Shown: positions 12,100 to 25,472, counted from the stretch's first letter. The stretch: 64,000 bases of DNA from Octopus vulgaris (GCA_951406725.2 OX597827.1:2790001-2854000), one strand, 5' to 3'. The notes: generated by a model from the letters alone, not told the origin. Numbers and translations are program-made.

Positions 12100-12757
12100 T
12101 GCATGTCTGTGTGTGTGTGTCTTTGTGTTTGTCCCCCACATCACTGCTTGACAATTGGTGCTGGACATATGATCTCTGGAATGTTTTTTTCTTTTTCTGT
12201 CTTACATTCCTGGTGCCTCAGTGACAATCAATACTATTCGATAGTGTAGTGCAGGAGCAGAAGCAAGGGGTAGTCTACCCCGGACGATGATTTTACACGA
12301 GCAGCAATTTTGGGTCAGCTGTATAAGCCCATGTTGACTGTATTGAAACATATGGAACTTTAAGATGGAACCACTTTCCAATATGTCATACTTTTTGTGA
12401 GTTTCCTGATGGGGAAGAGAAAAATCCAGGAGTTACTCTGGACAGCAGTTTCCTTTCAAATTTCTTTTATATTTATAGTTTTTCTGGACTTCTTTTGGGA
12501 AATATTCGATCAGAAAGATTATAAGATGTTTATCAGAGTATGGATATTACCATTCCGATCTTCAGCTTTATCTCCTTGCCAAACTAGGTTGGCACATCCC
12601 AAATTATTGTTGTTGTTGTTTTTATTTTTTTTCTGTCCTTACACTCTAAGTTCTCCTGCTTCCAAGGTCGATTGCCTTTCATCCTTTCGGGTTGATTAAA
12701 TTTGTACCAGGAGGGGGTTTGGCCTTGTACCAAAATTTGAAATCATAATTATTATTA

Positions 12758-13278
12758 AGTGAGAGAGCAGTGCATGCCATCAAAGTGACACTGGGGTAAA
12801 ATATACAATGCCTGGTACACCTAATATGACTACCCATCAGATAAGGGTACACCAGGCACATGCATCACAACCAAATGTGCTCGACATGGTGAACTCATAT
12901 CAAGATAAGAAGTTCATGATCTAGCAGGTGGGGCCCAGTTAGAGTTTTCATCAGGTCGAGTAGCCCATCCTGCTCAAATAGTCTTTGAATAAGGGTTGTT
13001 TGAGGATGTTGAACGAAACATCCATGTTTTCAGAGGTGAATTATCCAAACCCTCCAAAAATTCCTCCACTACTTCTGCTCATTATCAGAGATGCACATAT
13101 CGTCAGCCCCTAAGAGACATGTTCAAGGTCAAGCAACTCATAAGCAAATCTGTGTTATTGAGCAGAATATTTGCTGTAGCCCATCTTTTATACCAAGCCA
13201 AAACAATGTACATGATAACACTTCCAATCAGTTAAGATCAGAAGCCACGAGAGCCACTGCCTGGCACTGCATCGGGCA

Positions 13279-13280
<2 letters not shown>
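12758..13280 (+). mobile_element. ~520-bp non-autonomous element D flanked by (TTA)n on both sides
   Basis: Begins after attattatta, ends gggcatt followed by a long (TTA)n; second 3'-truncated copy on the minus strand at 43693-43975. Confidence 0.7.
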
Positions 13281-13350
<70 letters not shown>

Positions 13351-13919
13351 ACAGCTGTGGATTGGCAGATCCATTAGGGCATTGGACAAATATCTTCTAA
13401 TATTTGTTTCAGCTTTTCCTGTTCTGAGTTCAAATCCTGCTGAGGTTAACTTTGTCATTCATTCAGCATTCTGGAGTGATAAAATTAGATACCCTTCATA
13501 TACTAAGGTTGATTTAATATCAACTAAATACCCTCCCACAAAGTTCAGGTTTTGTGTCAATGCTACAAGCAATTATTACTGCTGAGGTTCCTATGAGGAC
13601 AAGAAGGGTATCCAGCTGTAGAAACTATACTAAAGTAGACACTGGGGCACAACGCAGTCCTGAAACCCAGCAAATTCTGTCAAATCATACAAGCGATGCC
13701 AGTATGGAACATGGATGCGAAATCCTGATAATGAGGATGAGAATCTACAAATGTATGAATGGAGAGAGAGAGAGAGAGAGAAATAAGGAGAAGGGAGAGA
13801 GTGATAGGTGTGAAGAGAGAAGAAGTAGTGAAAAAGTTAAAGTTAGGAAGAAGCAAGAATTAGAAGTAAATATGTCAATAGAAAAAGTTGTCATGTGATT
13901 ATGATGTGAAGCTTTGAGT

Positions 13920-13954
<35 letters not shown>

Positions 13955-14297
13955 ATGTTAAGAAATTGTTGGAAGACTGGAGGAAATGGTTTTGATTTTA
14001 GTGGTGTTGATGTGTTTGTGCTTTTGGAAAAAAACAAGAAATTTGTGTGTGTGTGTGTGTGTGTTTCTATTTATCTATCTTTCTGTAAATCTATAATTAT
14101 ACATTATTCAGATCTCCTATACACACACACACATATATAGATAGACATACAGACATGAATATATATATATGCACACACACACATGTGCGCGCACACACAC
14201 ATATGCATACGTATATAGAAAAGAGAAAGAGAGGCAGACAGAGGTAGAAAGGTAAATAGATTAAACCATAAATGAAGGTATTTATGTGGGTTGTTTG

Positions 14298-14332
<35 letters not shown>

Positions 14333-14639
14333 GAAATGAAACAAAATAAGACAATGTGTAACATGGGAATAAAATAAAATAACACAAAAGAATCAAGAAT
14401 TGATGCATCCATATTTGAAATTCTCAAATAACAACAGCAGAGAGAGGGAGAGAGAGAGAGAGATGAAGGCTGAGAGAACGAAAGTAGTTAAGAAAAATAA
14501 AGAAATATAAAAAGTGTGAGTAACCGAATGAATGAAAGAGGAGAGAGATTAAACAAATTTGATATAAAACAATAAATAATTTTGATACCATTGTCATTAC
14601 AGTACGTGTGAGTGTGTTACTGTTATGTGGGGAGCCATA

Positions 14640-14792
14640 CGTATCTCACTATCTATCTCTCTATCTATCTATCTATCTATATATCTCACTATCTATCTCA
14701 CTATCTATCTCACTATCTATCTCACTATCTATCTCACTATCTATCTCACTATCTATCTCACTATCTATCTATCTATCTATCTATCTATCACT
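14640..14792 (+). repeat. 12-bp (TATCTCACTATC) tandem derived from (TATC)n
   Basis: Read directly. Confidence 0.9.
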
Positions 14793-15009
14793 TTATGAGT
14801 ATGTGTGTACCACATATAATTTAACAACTCATTATAAAACAGTTCCCAATAAGAATCTCTTCATTATTAAATGCTAACTGTTCTTGTGTCCATAGAACTT
14901 GCAATAAATCTACCGTATTAAAGGAACAGAAAAATTGATGATTTCACTACAAAAATCTATGCTTGTATTTATCTGTAAAACTTACATAAGATTTGCAACA
15001 GCTGTTATG

Positions 15010-15850
15010 ATAGAGTGAGTTCAAATCTCACTGAGATTGACTTTGGCTTTCACCCCTCTGGCAAACAATAGAATGAATCTAGAACTAGGGTTGAGGGCAT
15101 CAACTAGCACCAGTCCCTCAATATCTGCCTAAATCAGAAACAGTATTGTCTGGCAGAATTGTTAGCATGCTGGACAAAATGCTTTGTGGCAATTCACCCA
15201 TCTTTATTTTGTGAGTTCAAACTCTGCTGAGGTTGACTTTACCTTTTATCCTTTCAGGGTGGCTGAAATAAGTATCGGTTGAGAATGGGGTTGACGTAAT
15301 TGATTGACTTCCTCCCCCAAAATTCCAAGCCTTTTGCCTTTACTAGAAAGGCTTATCATCATCATCATCACCATCATCATCAAAGTGGCCAGCTGGCAGA
15401 ATCATTAGCACATCGGACAAAATGCTTAGCAGCATTTCATCCATCCTTACATTCTGAGTTCAAATTTCACAGAGGTCGACTTTGTCTTTTTCATCCTTTT
15501 GGGGTGGGGGTGGGGGTCAATGAAATACGTACCAGTTACACACTGGGCTAGATGTAATTGACTATCTCCCCACCCCACAAATCTCGGGCCTTGTGCCAAT
15601 AATAGAAAAGATTATTATTGATATTTTTATTTGATTGGTGGATTGACAGAACTGTTTGAGCACTGAGCAGAAGGCCTTGCCATATTTCATAATGGATTAT
15701 GGATGTTTATGTTCTGAGTTCAGATCCAATCCAGATCAACTTTGCCTTTCATCCTTCGAGACCATTAAAATGAAATACCAGTTATATACTAAGGTTAATG
15801 GTATCAACTAAACCATACCCACATACCTGCTGGATTTGTGTCTAATTCAG
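15010..15850 (+). mobile_element. Four head-to-tail decayed SINE A/A2 copies
   Basis: Four gagttca(a/g)a...tt(g/a)cctt(t/c)...atcc cores at ~15017, 15213, 15456 and 15716. Confidence 0.8.
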
Positions 15851-17122
15851 AAACCATTTTATGTTTTTTTTTTACCAAAGATAGTTCCTCCTTTTCTTTT
15901 GGGGTTTGCAGGTTTTATTTGTTGTATTTTTGGTTATTTCTTGTGATGTTTTGTTTCTTTATTTTGTTTTACTTATTTTATTTGTTTATTTGCTGTTTTT
16001 GGTTTATTGTTGTTGTTGTTGATAAGATTCGAAACGGAGAAATACTTCCGTTATATTGATTTTCCATGTATACGTGTGCACACACGTACACATGCATTTA
16101 TGTCTTTTCCTCTTTTACTGCTTTGAACCCAAAAGGATCTGGCCATGCTACAGCACCACTGTTGCTGTTGTTACAATTTCAACAGTTCTTTTTCTGTAGC
16201 TGGTTGCATACATATTTTTGCATATGTATGCACACATGCACACACACACACACATACGCACACATCCTTGCACATATGATGATATGCATTTATAACTGTT
16301 TGCATCACCATATGCATGTATATACACACATGCACACATGTATGCTCATGTCATAATCATGGATACATACACATCCATATGCATACATACACATAAACAC
16401 ATGTTTATATGTATACATATGATGAAACACACTCATAGATGCTTGCATATCCACAAACACAAACACATGCATACATACACACACATATTAATTCAATACA
16501 TATGAAACATTCATAAATCCTTGCATGCACACACGCACAAACATATGCATATTTATGTGCATATATATGATGAAGCACACTCATAAATGCTTCAGGATCC
16601 ATATGCACACACACACGCACACACACACACAGAGCCAAAAACATGCACATACATATATTTCACACATACCAAACATGTATTCACATATACAGAAACAAAA
16701 CATCTGAATAGAACATTTTAAAGGTAAAAATTAAAAATAATCACAGAAATATGGTAGCTACGTAGTAAAATGGGAAAATACTTTGCAGAAAATTTTTCGA
16801 AATAATTAAATCGCATTTTTGTATCAGCACTTTCGTTTACGTTCTTGCTGTTGTTGGAGTTTTAGATTTACAATGTGGCGGTGGCGCCAGGAGTGATGGC
16901 AAGCATTTAATTTTAGTTTTAATTCTTCATCTTACGTGTACACACACACACACATTCATTTATTCATTCATTAATGTGTAAGAGCATATGTGTGTGTGTA
17001 TATATGCATGTATGTATGTATGTACATATATATTAATATATATATAGAGAGAGAGAGAGATATGAGAGAGAGATTCAGATATATAACATATATATGTAAT
17101 TATGTGTATGTATGTATTTATG

Positions 17123-17170
<48 letters not shown>

Positions 17171-17992
17171 CATACATACAAATGTATATGTGTATGTATA
17201 TATATATATCACACATACATATATTTACAGATATACATACAAATGTGTATGTGTATATATATATATAGAGAGAGAGAAAGATTTGTATATATACATTCAT
17301 ATAACATTCATATAAAATTTATATATATATCTTTTGCTCACATTTAACAAACTAAATGAACTTTAAAAGATAAAAACAAAAACAAAATAAAACTACATGA
17401 ATAAACAATCAAAACAAATACAATAAGAATAGACAATAACAAAAAAAAGAAACACAGCTAAAACAACACCAAAAAGGAAGGTAAAAATCCATTCACTTTT
17501 GCTTGTGAAATATTTAAAAACAAAAATTTTTCACTGTCAAAATTCCTGACTTCCTAGAGTAATTAACGATTCAGTTTCCATATGCAATTCCGATATTCGT
17601 TGAATTAAGCCTGGCGTTAACCATTAATGACAGTAATTATAATCATTTGGAAACATGGCAGAAACTAAAGAGCACAGGATCTGATTTGAATAATAATAAT
17701 GTTTTTTTAATTTTTTTTATTTGTTTTAGCTTGATGGTTGCTGGTTAATTTTTTTGATCTGTTTTGTTTAGTTATGCAAGTATGTATGGATGTTTATGTA
17801 TGTGCGTATGTATGTATGTGTGTATACATATATACATATGTACATGTATGCACTGACATACATACATGTAAGTTTGTATATATATATATATATATATATA
17901 TAAGCACATATGTGGATGTATGTGTGTATATATATATTTATATGTGGATGTATGTGTATTTATATGTATGTATATATATATATATACATATA

Positions 17993-18036
<44 letters not shown>

Positions 18037-18854
18037 GATCTATGCATATTTATATATATATATATCTGTGTATGCATGTGTATTTGTATTTGTGTGTGAG
18101 TATATTTTTATATATAAATGGATTTCCACCACTTTCAATGGTGAGTATTCAGTTGTTCAATCAACTGAACTATCTGCTCATTGAATTAGCTTGTATTCCA
18201 CAATACTGGCTGAGTATTCCACAGACCCACATACCCTATACCTTTAAGATAATTCTGAAGTAGAATCAATGAGATAAAGTTCAACAAAGCTGAACATTCA
18301 AATTACAAGTCTCATCCATTTGAGACATTTTACACATTTTACTGTTTGTCCCATATCACACATGAGGCTCAGAAGAGCATAATGCTAAGATAAAAGATAC
18401 ATGAACTCGAGATGCCATGCAATGAGATTGAAACTGGAACCCCATGATTGTGAAGCAAACATTTTATCCATTCAGCCATACTTTAACCACATGTATGTGT
18501 ATGAATAGGTAAGAATATATCAAAAAAGGCATATACTAGATACAGGCATTTTTGTGCTCAGACTGGAGCAGTGACACTGAATGAAGAGAGATAGAGTCCA
18601 AGCAAGAAATGAGCTGGTTATAGGCAATGAACCTTTTGAGCTAATGAAAATACAATAGCACTAAAGATGGACAGGCATCAAAGCTTTTACGAAATAGTTA
18701 TACAGGAGTAAATATAAACATTAAGCAAAGAAAAGGAAAGTCAGGTAAGAGAGAGATCATAGCAATTCTTCGAAGGTATATATAAGGTAATAAGTATATA
18801 TTCTGAAATAACAAACAGGAGGGTGAGTACTCAAGACAATTGTAGAGTAGTTTA

Positions 18855-18985
18855 TTTAGACTGATGAAGTGGCTTGTTACTCTGGAGTTTTTCTGACAGT
18901 GCCAATTCCTGAGACAGGATACAATCTATTTCTTTCTGAGAAACTGGCAATTCCAGAGTAATGGACCACTGAATCAACTTCAAAA
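18855..18985 (+). ncRNA. Hammerhead-like motif with ~100-nt extended stem II, degenerate
   Basis: CTGATGA(18861)-AGTGG...TTACTCTGGAGTT...AATTCCAGAGTAA...CCACT-GAATC(18971); inner tgccaatt/aactggca pairing; GAAAC reads GAATC, stems I and III eroded. Confidence 0.45.
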
Positions 18986-19777
18986 TGCATGTGCGTGTGT
19001 AATGTAGTATATCGAACATAAAATATGATCAATATTTAGAATTTCATGTGTTCCTTTATGGTGTCCATGAAGTGAAACCATATTTTATTTTGCACAATAT
19101 CTGATTTTTGTTCTCCCTCAGTATACTGAGGATCAAGAGTGGATATATGTTCATATGTTTATTCAATATACTTTTACATTTTTCATTAATGAATAGCTCC
19201 ATTATGTAACATCATACCTTACAATCAGAGTACATCATCAAATCATCAGAGTTTGTATAGTACATGAAATGTTAGCCTTTTGACAATTCATAGTAGTTAG
19301 ATAAATAAGTTGTTTCTTCAGAGTTTGGCTTCTGTTGTGTTTGAGGTAGGAAAATTTATCTAAAAAGGTTGGCTGATTATGGGGAAGAATCTTCTAATGT
19401 ACAGTATGAGATTTTTAAAAAATCCCTTGAAGTTACCCTTTCCTGCCCCAGCATTACTGACATTCAAAGACTGAAGCTAGTTATAGGATAAAATAAAACA
19501 TGAAAATACAAGAACTAATGGCTGCTCACCAAACGCATTGAGTTGAAACAGGGGCAGCTGAAGAAGGGGAATGTTCTTTGTGTTGGTTGTCTTGTACTCT
19601 GTTTTTTCGTTTTTAAAGAAAGTCCATTTCCTTGTTTGGTTTTATGTTTTCGTTTCTCGTTGTGTTCTATGTTTATATATGGTGTCCTGTACTCATATAT
19701 GCATGTATATATACATATAGATGTAGGTATGTACATATATGTATGTATGTATGCATATGTTTTATTTATTATATTGT

Positions 19778-19817
<40 letters not shown>

Positions 19818-19973
19818 ATGATATGAGGGAATATTATTCCAAACTTACAGGGAAAAATTCAATTTAGGAATATTTAATTTAGAAATATATTTAATCTTTC
19901 TATAATACATAATTTTCTAGATGGTATAATTTAATTTTTCATTATTGGATTGATAAAAGGTGTTTTTTTTGTA

Positions 19974-20034
<61 letters not shown>

Positions 20035-20036
<2 letters not shown>

Positions 20037-20378
20037 AAAATGGAGGAACAAATTCATTTTGATCATCAACTTACAGATATTACAATTTCATATTATTTAT
20101 TAATTATATAAATAGGAACATGAAAATTGAACAAAACAATATACATCAATATGCAAATTAATAATAAAATAAAAATAATAATACAAATAAACTGCTCCTT
20201 ACAGCTGTTTCAGCCTATGGTCAAGAGACAATCCAACTTAAATAGATTATATATGCCATTGTAATATAGTCCTAGGCATTAAAGATTATATTTGTCTGTT
20301 TAAATAACCAGCAGTATATTGGATAACTGATATCCCATAGTGGGTTACTCTCATAACCCCTATCTTACTTTGTACTTT
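20035..20378 (-). mobile_element. Penelope pLTR-like fragment between (TA)n tracts, carrying a long-stem-II hammerhead
   Basis: Minus strand ggct-GAAAC-AGCT-GTA-aggag (20215-20195); nested stems to 20346; core truncated to ..ATGA. Confidence 0.55.
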
Positions 20379-20677
20379 ATATATATATATATATATGTAA
20401 AGAAGACTGAAGGACTAAGGAATTTTATAAAAACAACATTAAAAATTACATGTTAAAACATATACATACACATGCATGTTTATGCATGTTATAGACCCAA
20501 AAACTGTCTGAGCAAAGTAAAATAAAAATATTTAATACTTATTGTACAGTTTTAGCCTGTTATAAGATGAAAACTTTCTCTACTACAACTCCGAGTCCCA
20601 ATATCTGTGTGCATATGTACACAGATGTGTGTATTTGAATGTGTGTCCATGTGTCTGTGTAAGGTATGTGACCTAAT

Positions 20678-21094
20678 GAAGGCGGCGATCTGGCAGAATC
20701 GTTAGCGCGCCAGGGGAAATGCTTAGCAGTATTTCGTCTGCCGTTATGTTCTGAGTTCAAATTCCTCTGAGGTCGACTTTGCCTTTCATCCTTTCAAGGT
20801 CGATAAACTAAGTACCAGTTTCACACTGGGGTCGATGTAATCGACTTAATCCGTTTGTCTGTCCTTGTTTGTCCTCTCTGTATTTATCCCCTTGTAGGTA
20901 GTAAAGAAGTAGGTATTTCGTCTGCCGTTATGTTGTGAGTTCAAATTCCGCCAAGGTCGACTTTGCCTTTCATCCTTTCGAGGTCGATAATTTAAGTACC
21001 AGTTACTCACTGGGATTGATGTAATCGTCTTAATACCTATGTCTGTCCTTGTTTGTCCCCTCTACGTTTAGCCCCTTGTGGGTAATAAAGAAAT
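20678..21094 (+). mobile_element. Dimeric SINE family A with 16-bp TSD
   Basis: Full monomer plus a second monomer starting at gtatttcgtctgcc; TSD AGGTATGTGACCTAAT at 20662-20677 and 21095-21110. Confidence 0.9.
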
Positions 21095-21557
21095 AGGTAT
21101 GTGACCTAATAGTTAGGATATTTGGACAAATGATAACAAGGTCGTGGTTTCGCATCTTGGGCTGAGTGGTTCTTTGTGTCCCTGAAGAAGACACTGAGTA
21201 GTGCCTTCCTGAGGAACACAGTGACTTTGGTCTGCATAGCTGCAATGAATACCAGTTTACTGCAAGTGCAGCTCTCTTTTCCTCCAACCATCACAACTTC
21301 AATTTTCTGCTGGATCAAGGATTGGAAAAGAGAGAACGTGAGTATATCTGCTCACAACTACATAGGCACCTAAAACGATTAGTAACAGCATAATACATGC
21401 CACACGATCCTACTGGCATGATTTGGTGGCATGTACGATGCATTCACTAATTCTATTAGTTTACATGTATAGCATACACTCATATACACACGCACACAGA
21501 TATATATACATACGTACACAACATATTACTGATGCACCAGCATCAGTAATATATGTG

Positions 21558-21590
<33 letters not shown>

Positions 21591-21632
21591 ATATATATAT
21601 ATATGTGTGTGTATATATATATATATGTGTAC

Positions 21633-21666
<34 letters not shown>

Positions 21667-21698
21667 GTGTGTGTGTATATATATCTATATATATACAC

Positions 21699-21730
<32 letters not shown>

Positions 21731-21762
21731 GTATTATATATGTATATATATATATATATATA

Positions 21763-21806
<44 letters not shown>

Positions 21807-22296
21807 ATATACATACACACACACACATATATATATATACATATGTGTGTGTGTGTGTGTGTGTGTGTTATACACACACACACACACATATATATAATGT
21901 GTATATATATACACTTATGTGCGTGTATATACACACACATATATATGTATGTATATTCTCTGCATTCAGTATACATTTAAGCATATACTTCACTGTAGCT
22001 AATTATCTTATTCTCATGCAGTGTGGGTGTAATATTAATTTATTAATGCTTGTCAAACTAACACTAATATCCACATTAACTCAGCCTTGTATTTGTAATA
22101 GCTGTGAGCTACATGACTTGAAGCTATTCTTTCTTGGCAACAAGATAAGCTGTATGATCACTGATACAGACTTGTACAAATGTGAACGTACTGTAAGCTC
22201 CATATCCTTGTCCGTGTTGTTGTGTAGACAACAAAAGGGCATATTTACTCAAAACCCATTTTACAGATGCTCTCTCCCTTTCTCTCGCTCTCTATG

Positions 22297-22336
<40 letters not shown>

Positions 22337-22339
<3 letters not shown>

Positions 22340-22507
22340 CCAGAAAAATTAATCCCCTAAGACAATTACCCACCCCCATCCTGGTTAATTACCCCTCTCC
22401 AATATATTAAGAAGTTTTAAATCATCATCTGTGGTACTCAAGGCTAATTGTCCTGGGGTGGGGTGTTATTGTCCATGTGTGTGTGTGTGTGTAAATATCC
22501 TAGACTC
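22337..22507. mobile_element. Possible decayed MITE in (TA)n
   Basis: Left end has repeated acaattaccc-like motifs; right end has the reverse-complement aattgtcc motifs. Confidence 0.4.
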
Positions 22508-22532
22508 ATACATATATATATATATATATTGA

Positions 22533-22757
22533 AGGTGGCGAGCTGGCAGAAACGTTAGCACGCCGGGCGAAATGCGTTGCCATATTTCGTCTGCTGTTAC
22601 GTTCTGAGTTCAAATTCCGCCGAGGTCGACTTTGCCTTTCATCATTCCAGGGTCGATAAATTAAGTACCAGTTACACACTGGGGTCGATGTAATCGACTT
22701 AATCCCTTTGTCTGTCCTTGTTTGTCTCCTCTGTGTTTAGCCCCTTGTGGGTAGTAA

Positions 22758-22760
<3 letters not shown>
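22533..22760 (+). mobile_element. SINE family A, full length, in (TA)n
   Basis: ggtggcgagctggcagaaacgttagc...gagttcaaattccgccgagg...ccccttgtgggtagtaaaga. Confidence 0.9.
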
Positions 22761-22792
<32 letters not shown>

Positions 22793-23160
22793 CATCATCA
22801 TTTTAACAGCCACTTTCCCATGCTTGCGTGGGTCAGATGAAGTTTAATGATGCAAATTTTCTACAATCAGATTCTCTTCTCACCTGTTTCCGAATAAAGT
22901 AAAGTTTCTGCAGGGTAGGGCATGTTTTTGCAGAACATTAGAAATGAATGATGTCAAGAAAAAGGGACCAAAATATACACACACTCTCATATACATACAG
23001 ATGCATATATGATTTCTTTTAGTTTCTGTCTCTCAAAATTCACTCACAAGGCATTGATTGCCCAAAGTGCTGTGCAATGGGACTGAGCCCAAAACCATGT
23101 GGTTGCAAATTAAAACCTTAACCACAGAGCCATACAACCCCTATATATATATATATATAT

Positions 23161-23318
23161 AAAGCAAATAAGTAACAAGCATGTCCAGGTATTAAGTGCA
23201 TTTCTAATACCTAGACATCCTTGTTTCCTATTTGCTTTTTATTCACCTTACTTGAAGCTGTGCGGATAATGCCAGATGACTTGCTGCCTCAACTTAAGTA
23301 CCCAATTCAACTGAATCT
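23161..23318 (+). mobile_element. Fold-back insertion, Penelope-like terminal fragment with inverted 5' copy
   Basis: 34-bp inverted arms 23161-23194 / 23205-23238 (4 mismatches), between (TA)n and (TG)n; resembles 63698-63864. Confidence 0.55.
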
Positions 23319-25085
23319 GTGTGTGTGTGTTTGTGTATATAAACATAAATATATATATGTGTGTGTGTGTGTGTAATTTCGTACGTACTTATATACATAT
23401 ATATATATGTACATATATACATAAATATATGTACAAAGGCGGTGCTCCAGCATGGCCATAATCAAATGACTGAAACAAGTAAAAGAATAAAGAATATAAT
23501 CGTATATGTACTCGTATCTATATATGTACATATATATACACACATATATAAATACAAGTGTGTGTGTGTACACTACACACACTCTCCTACATCAATTTGG
23601 TTTCATCTTTCTAGAATCGTCACCAGCCGATAAATCGGTAAACTCAAAAAGTGCTCAATACAATTTTCCAGTTTATAAAATTGAACCCATGTTCTAATGT
23701 GACAGAGATCTGATTTTAGAAACCTATTTGGTGTGAGCCATATTTCATAAGGCATTCTCTTTGCCTTATAAAATATAAAATATCTAAAAAAGGGAAATAC
23801 AACTATATACACTCACCCTAGCCAATCTTCTAAACCACTTATATTCACCCTTCTGTAACTTGGGAGTTTGCTATGACATATCTTTACTACCATCTGCTCT
23901 CTTTACCAACTGGAGTAAGTTTGTATCTCCTCTACAGCAAGATGCCTCTCCGTGTCCCTCAGTCATACTTTAAGCTCTATCACCAGGTGTCAAACCTCCT
24001 CCCTCAATACTATGCTCCACTCTATTGAGTGAGGGTCTTGTCTTACATTTGCTATAACTTCACTGGTGCTGGAGGCACATAAAAAGCACCCTGTACACTC
24101 TGTAGAGCAGTTGACATCAGGAAGAGCATTGAATTGTAACAACTGTGGAAGCCCACCAAGTATGTGTGTGTGTGTGTGTCGTGCCACCACCACTGCCAAT
24201 TGACAACTGGTGTTGGTTTGTTTACATCCCCATAACAGCAATTCAGTAAAAGAAACCAATAGAAAATGGTTAAGATAAGTTCTGGGATCAATTTGCTTGC
24301 AATGATTGAAACAAGAAAAATGGCTTCTTTCATATAATGGGCTTCTTTCAGTTTCTGTCAACTAAATCCATTCACAAGTCTGATTGGACCACAAATACTG
24401 TAGAAGACACTTGCCCAAGTTGCCATGCAGTGGGACTGAATTCAAAACCATGAGGTTAGAAAGCAAACTTCTTAACCACACTGCCATATATACGCACACA
24501 CACTGCCATACACACACACAGAGACACACGTAACATACACACATTCATTCATACACATACTCACACACTCTGTCTCCTTTGCATACATATATTCATTCAT
24601 AATTAAAACATTGTACAAAGAGATATTTAGGCTCTGAGATGTGTACATCATCATAAAGCTAATTTGTGATATAGTTTCCTTGTTATTTTAAGGCCTTACA
24701 TACATGTGCAGACTGAATATTAAAGAGCAATGTGTTTATAAAATAAATATTATAATTCTGTAAATGAAAGATCTCCATAAATGCCTCATAGATACAAACA
24801 TTATCATTGCTTTTGATGATTCCTGGCTTGTTCCCATATATTTAGTTGTGGATATGATGTTTTATCTAGTCTCATTGATATCATGAAGCCATAAATTGAC
24901 TTCAGACATCTGTGTCTATGAAGGTATATATATGTATGTGTATATGATATATAAATGCATGCCTGCGTATATATATTTTTTCATACCTTTCTATCTGCAT
25001 AGCTGTCTATCTCTACATCTATCTCTCTATACAGCGAATCTATTTATAAATTTCTCTCTGTGTCTGTGTATCAATACATATAATC

Positions 25086-25472
25086 TTTTAATCTTTTACT
25101 TGTTTCAGTCATTTGACTACGGCCATGCTGGTGCACCTCCTTTAGTCGAGCAAATCAACCCAGGGATTTATTCTTTGTAAACCCAGTATTTATTCTATCG
25201 GTTTCTTTTGCCGAACCGCTAAGTGACGGGGACATAAACACACCAGCATCAGTTGTCAAGCAATGCTAGGGGGACAAACACACACACACATACACACATA
25301 TATATATACATATATACGACAGGCTTCTTTCAGTTTCCATCAACCAAATCCACTTTGCCTTTCATCCTTTCGGGGTCGATAAATTAAGTACCAGTTATGC
25401 ACTAAGGTCGATGTAATCAACTTAATCTGTTTGTCCCCTCTATGTTCAGCCCCTTGTGGGCAATAAAAAAGA
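25086..25472. mobile_element. Chimera: 3' part of SINE B (minus) fused to 3' part of SINE A (plus)
   Basis: Junction caaatccac|tttgcctttcatcc at ~25353. Confidence 0.75.

Noticed and set aside
21181-21220. CTGAAGA followed by a hairpin
   Set aside because: No GAAA closing stem II and no stem I/III
21423-22360. Long ORFs of YI/CV/HT repeats (also at 8.7, 17, 36, 38.5 and 58 kb)
   Set aside because: Stop-free dinucleotide microsatellites
22533-22625. tRNA-like A/B boxes
   Set aside because: SINE head followed by SINE body; not a tRNA gene
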